From positions 1-28,386 of IMG/VR virus record IMGVR_UViG_3300037518_000030: a DNA stretch of 28,386 bases. One strand, given 5' to 3'. The translations under genes and the position numbers were made by a program. Of the stretch, positions 25,230 through 28,386 are shown piece by piece (position 1 is the first letter of the stretch; every line of letters begins with the position of its first letter). The notes beneath the pieces are model-generated. The model saw nothing but the letters and a program-made list of their open reading frames with translations, searched no databases and was not told the origin of the DNA. This DNA is from a virus. Its lineage: Duplodnaviria; Caudoviricetes.

Positions 25230-27184
25230 TCGATCAATTTCCTTGCTTCCGTGACGTACCAGTCATAGTTAACGTTTTCCCAGCGAAAATCGCTCGCCCG
25301 GTTGCATACGGTCGTAAGATAACCGGCGCAAATGCTAGTCCGCCGTTCCTTGTGAGTCGACCGGTTCTTGGTGTGGACGTCGGGATTCCAAACGGTGTTG
25401 TCGGTCGCATGGTAAACGCGATCAGAGACGCCGTTCGCTTTCTTGTAGTGACCAACCCGGCACCCGGCGGGCGGCGGGCTGACCTTCGTCAACGGTGCGC
25501 CGTCGGTTGACACATAGTAACGGGTGGTACTCTGTACGGTCGCGTCACCATGTACTAGCGTGCTGCCGCGGTTCGCCTTGGCGCGACACATGAAGTCGAA
25601 GGACGTTTCATCGTCACGCCCGGGCGAGCATTTAATAAAATCCTCCACCGGTTCACCCTCGACTATGTAACGTTCCGCAGCCTTCGGGACGATCAACGCG
25701 CTACAGTCTTGGTGCCAGCCTATCGGGGTCCGTTCACCCGGTTGTGCGGTTTCATAGGCACCTATGCGTTTCACTTTGCCGTCTTCACGAACAGCAAGAT
25801 AACTGTTCACGTCGCGGATATGCATAAGGCTGTAGCGCGCTTCCTCGAGCGCAAGCCCCGTGACCTTCTGCCACCATTGGCACGCGTCGTTGATCAGCCA
25901 TTCGAGCCGCCGCGGGACGCGCACGGTCAGACCGTCGGTGTTGATCTGAATCATTTCGAGGCCGGGAACCGTCGTCATCAACCGTTCGGCCAGCATACAC
26001 AAAAGAAGCTGCCCGTTAATCGTGATCGCCATTGTATATTGTGGATCGTAAAACGGGCTGTAGATATTATTCGAGTCGCCATAGACGCCAAGCAATGCGA
26101 GCTTAAGCATTTTGTTTTCCGGCGTCCCGGAAGCGTAGTGGAGACGCTGTTGGTAGACGTCCGAATAGACGTCGCAAAACAGTTCCCCAAGGTGCGCCGG
26201 GTGCAGGCGGTTCACGATCGCGATGTTCGGATAATACGACTTGACGTCGATATCGATCAACGCGTGGTCATCATCGCTGCGGACGGTGCGGCGCGTGACG
26301 CTGCCATGAATGCCGCCGGTCCCGAAGTCGAAGCGGAAGCCGCCGATCTCGCAAGAGACGTCTGTAAATACCCCGCGCGTGTCGGTGATAACCTGTTGCA
26401 ACAGCCACGCGTGCACGCGCTGAAACTCGGGATGACGGAACGTGATGTAAGGTAGGATGACGTCGCCGAGCGCGATCCGGTCGCGGTAGGTCTGCACCGG
26501 TTGCCGACCGCTGCCGTCGTTGCGGTAGCAACTCCCCGGCGCCTGTTGCTCGAGCTTCATCACGAAATAGTCTTTACCTATTTTCGTGTCGTTATGGTTC
26601 ATAAAGTCGCGCCCGTAGGTCTGCGACAGGTAGCGGCGAAATTCAATCTGTTGCGCGCTGTGACCGGCAAACCGCTTCGTTTCGGTCAGGTCGTTCATGT
26701 TGTAGCTGCGGAGCGTGTCGATCTGATCGGACGTCAGATAGGTTCCATGCGGGAACGGCAAATCTTCGACCGACGGCGAGCGCATATTAAACTCCAGCGC
26801 CTTCAAGCTGGTCGCGCGCGCTACGTTGTCGAAGTGGTGAATCTTATAAAGGTCGATTTGCGGAATGAACCGGTCGCTCGGCCAAATCGTATGCGCCCAA
26901 CGGTCGCCGCTGGTGATAATCGCTTGCGCCTTCTGATAGAGATCGGCCGGCGTGGCGTCCGGATGCTGCAAGAGGAAATGAATGATCGGGTAGTCAAAGC
27001 CGATGTTGTTGAACCCGATCTGTTCGATCTGTTCGGCGGCAAGGTGGCGCAACCAGGCGAGAAGGTCGGCGCGATCGTCGCGGCGATCGGAGATCTCCCA
27101 TATATAGGCGTTGTCGGACTCGAGGCCCAACGCGCCGCAAAGGAAACAGTTCGGAAACGTCTCCAAATCCCATACTACCGGCAT
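25226..27184 (-). CDS. Family-B DNA polymerase with 3'-5' exonuclease
   Basis: Exo motifs WDLET, GFNN..FD, YN.ND; polymerase motifs DVKSYYP, KLALLGVYG, NTDG. ATG at 27184 is coupled to the upstream stop. Confidence 0.93.
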   Translation of the reverse strand: MPVVWDLETFPNCFLCGALGLESDNAYIWEISDRRDDRADLLAWLRHLAAEQIEQIGFNNIGFDYPIIHFLLQHPDATPADLYQKAQAIITSGDRWAHTIWPSDRFIPQIDLYKIHHFDNVARATSLKALEFNMRSPSVEDLPFPHGTYLTSDQIDTLRSYNMNDLTETKRFAGHSAQQIEFRRYLSQTYGRDFMNHNDTKIGKDYFVMKLEQQAPGSCYRNDGSGRQPVQTYRDRIALGDVILPYITFRHPEFQRVHAWLLQQVITDTRGVFTDVSCEIGGFRFDFGTGGIHGSVTRRTVRSDDDHALIDIDVKSYYPNIAIVNRLHPAHLGELFCDVYSDVYQQRLHYASGTPENKMLKLALLGVYGDSNNIYSPFYDPQYTMAITINGQLLLCMLAERLMTTVPGLEMIQINTDGLTVRVPRRLEWLINDACQWWQKVTGLALEEARYSLMHIRDVNSYLAVREDGKVKRIGAYETAQPGERTPIGWHQDCSALIVPKAAERYIVEGEPVEDFIKCSPGRDDETSFDFMCRAKANRGSTLVHGDATVQSTTRYYVSTDGAPLTKVSPPPAGCRVGHYKKANGVSDRVYHATDNTVWNPDVHTKNRSTHKERRTSICAGYLTTVCNRASDFRWENVNYDWYVTEARKLIE

Positions 27185-27381
27185 CAACCGACCTTCATCA
27201 AGCCGTGCGGGTAGCGTTCGAACCACAACTCGCCGTAACGGTGGCTTCGACCGGTGGCGAACTGCACGCGGATGCAGGGGAGGACGCTGCTTTCGAGGGT
27301 GATCGGGTCGTTCGCGCTGGTCACGACGCCGGGACCAAGCGTGAAGTGGAAGACCCGATCACCCTCGGAGAAGCCGCTCAT
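27184..27381 (-). CDS. Small SH3/Tudor-like protein
   Basis: F.EGDRVFH...G.GVV.....V.F resembles the UvrD/PcrA C-terminal Tudor domain; coupled at both ends. Confidence 0.6.
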   Translation of the reverse strand: MSGFSEGDRVFHFTLGPGVVTSANDPITLESSVLPCIRVQFATGRSHRYGELWFERYPHGLMKVG

Positions 27382-28241
27382 TACCGCGTCGGGCCGTTCA
27401 GGATCGGATAGTGCGGCTGGACGGGGTTAGAAGGGGATGCAGTCGGCTGCCCCGGTACGCCCGCAGGAGCCGCAGGGGCGCCCGGGTGCGGATTGAAGCC
27501 AGCCGGGGCAGCCGGGGACGGCGCAGGCGCCCCGGGCTGCATAGGGGCGCCTGCGCCCGTTACCGGGGGGTTTCCCTGTCCGCCGGGCTGATAGCCGCCA
27601 CCGGGGTTCGCCCCGGGCATCGCCGGCATACCGCCAGCCGGGGCGACGGGCGTTGCGCTGGCGCCCGGCGGGAGAGCGACGGGGCCGCTACCGAACGCCT
27701 GGTCAGCCGACGGACCGACGTTGATCGCGTCGCCATAGCCGACCCGCTTGATCATCAACGGGTTGACGTAGACGCCCGGTTTCTGGCGGTCATCGTTGCC
27801 GACGCACGACAGGTAGATTTGAACGAAATCGCCGCGCTTGCATTGCGCCGGGTCGGCGATCTGCTGATTTTGTTCGTTGAACACCTGCGGCGCGAAGCCC
27901 GACGACAGGCGCAGGACGTAATGCCCCTGCTCGTGCGCCGGCCGCGGCTTGCCGTCCGGCCGCGGCTGGTCGCCGTCGATCAGTTTCCAGGCGAAATCCT
28001 GCCGCTGCCACTCGCCGCCGGGAAAGTCACGCTGTGCGACGCCCTGGATCTGCGGCCAGACGTTATTGAGAAATTCCGGGTCGTTCTTGGCGAACGCGAC
28101 GCCGATATACCATTGCGTCTTAGGCTGGCCTTTCTGGTCGAGCCGGGGGCGCCCCTGGTGGTCCTTGTCGCTGCCGGTGAATGCGTCGCCTTGAACGTAG
28201 CGGCCGACGCTGGTCGTGATGTAAATCGGTTCTTGTGCCAT
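27381..28241 (-). CDS. Phage single-stranded DNA-binding protein (DUF2815/gp2.5-like) with Pro/Gly/Ala-rich tail
   Basis: GGAG RBS before ATG 28241; FAWK..DGD, PGVY.N, G..I..G..A..AFG; located upstream of the polymerase. Confidence 0.75.
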   Translation of the reverse strand: MAQEPIYITTSVGRYVQGDAFTGSDKDHQGRPRLDQKGQPKTQWYIGVAFAKNDPEFLNNVWPQIQGVAQRDFPGGEWQRQDFAWKLIDGDQPRPDGKPRPAHEQGHYVLRLSSGFAPQVFNEQNQQIADPAQCKRGDFVQIYLSCVGNDDRQKPGVYVNPLMIKRVGYGDAINVGPSADQAFGSGPVALPPGASATPVAPAGGMPAMPGANPGGGYQPGGQGNPPVTGAGAPMQPGAPAPSPAAPAGFNPHPGAPAAPAGVPGQPTASPSNPVQPHYPILNGPTR

Positions 28242-28248
28242 GTGGCTG

Positions 28249-28386
28249 TTACTCCGATGGTCTGAGGATTGCGGTAAGTTCTTCGCGAACGACCTTGCGG
28301 ATCGCGCCGACGGAGAATGACTCTTCAAGGCGTGCGTTGATTTCACCATTGATAGAGCGATTGTTCTGCTTTGCGGCTATTTTGAT
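28249..28386 (-). CDS. Arc-family (ribbon-helix-helix) DNA-binding protein, 5'-truncated by the window
   Basis: Minus-strand translation IKIAAKQNNRSINGEINARLEESF...RPSE* matches the Arc pattern A..N.RS.N.EI..RL..S. Confidence 0.8.
   Translation of the reverse strand: MKIAAKQNNRSINGEINARLEESFSVGAIRKVVREELTAILRPSE

Noticed and set aside
27384-27690. Low-complexity Pro/Gly/Ala repeats
   Set aside because: Disordered C-terminal tail of the SSB-like protein, not a DNA repeat array
27411-28265. 284-aa + strand ORF and other long antisense ORFs (e.g. 5018-5695, 25709-26455, 26501-27214)
   Set aside because: Shadow frames of real GC-rich genes; no RBS or recognisable motifs

Overview
A contiguous piece of an HK97/lambda-like siphovirus (phage or prophage; GC-rich, proteobacterial, probably alphaproteobacterial in style). 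The + strand carries a nearly complete late operon: cos-like region, terS, terL, portal, ClpP-type protease, major capsid, neck, tail tube, frameshifted tail chaperone, tape measure, tail tip, fibres and a small membrane/lipoprotein cassette. The - strand carries the end of a replication operon: Arc-like regulator, SSB, family-B DNA polymerase and a transglutaminase-like protease. The most striking feature is six tandem, translationally coupled glycosyltransferase-like genes (7609-11566) inserted between two neck genes: 2x Maf/DUF115-like, 2x GT8-like, 1x GT29 sialyltransferase-like and 1x KpsC/KpsS-like. A Gly-Ser-Pro motif recurs in outward-facing virion proteins and was not seen in non-virion proteins. 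Together these suggest a virion O-glycosylation system with a sequon. A second hidden signal is two sigma70 promoters about 6 kb apart that share an operator-like sequence. One drives an antisense two-gene (HicAB-like?) insert between terS and terL, the other a leaderless dual-HTH regulator. All family calls are from motif recognition by eye; no searches were run.
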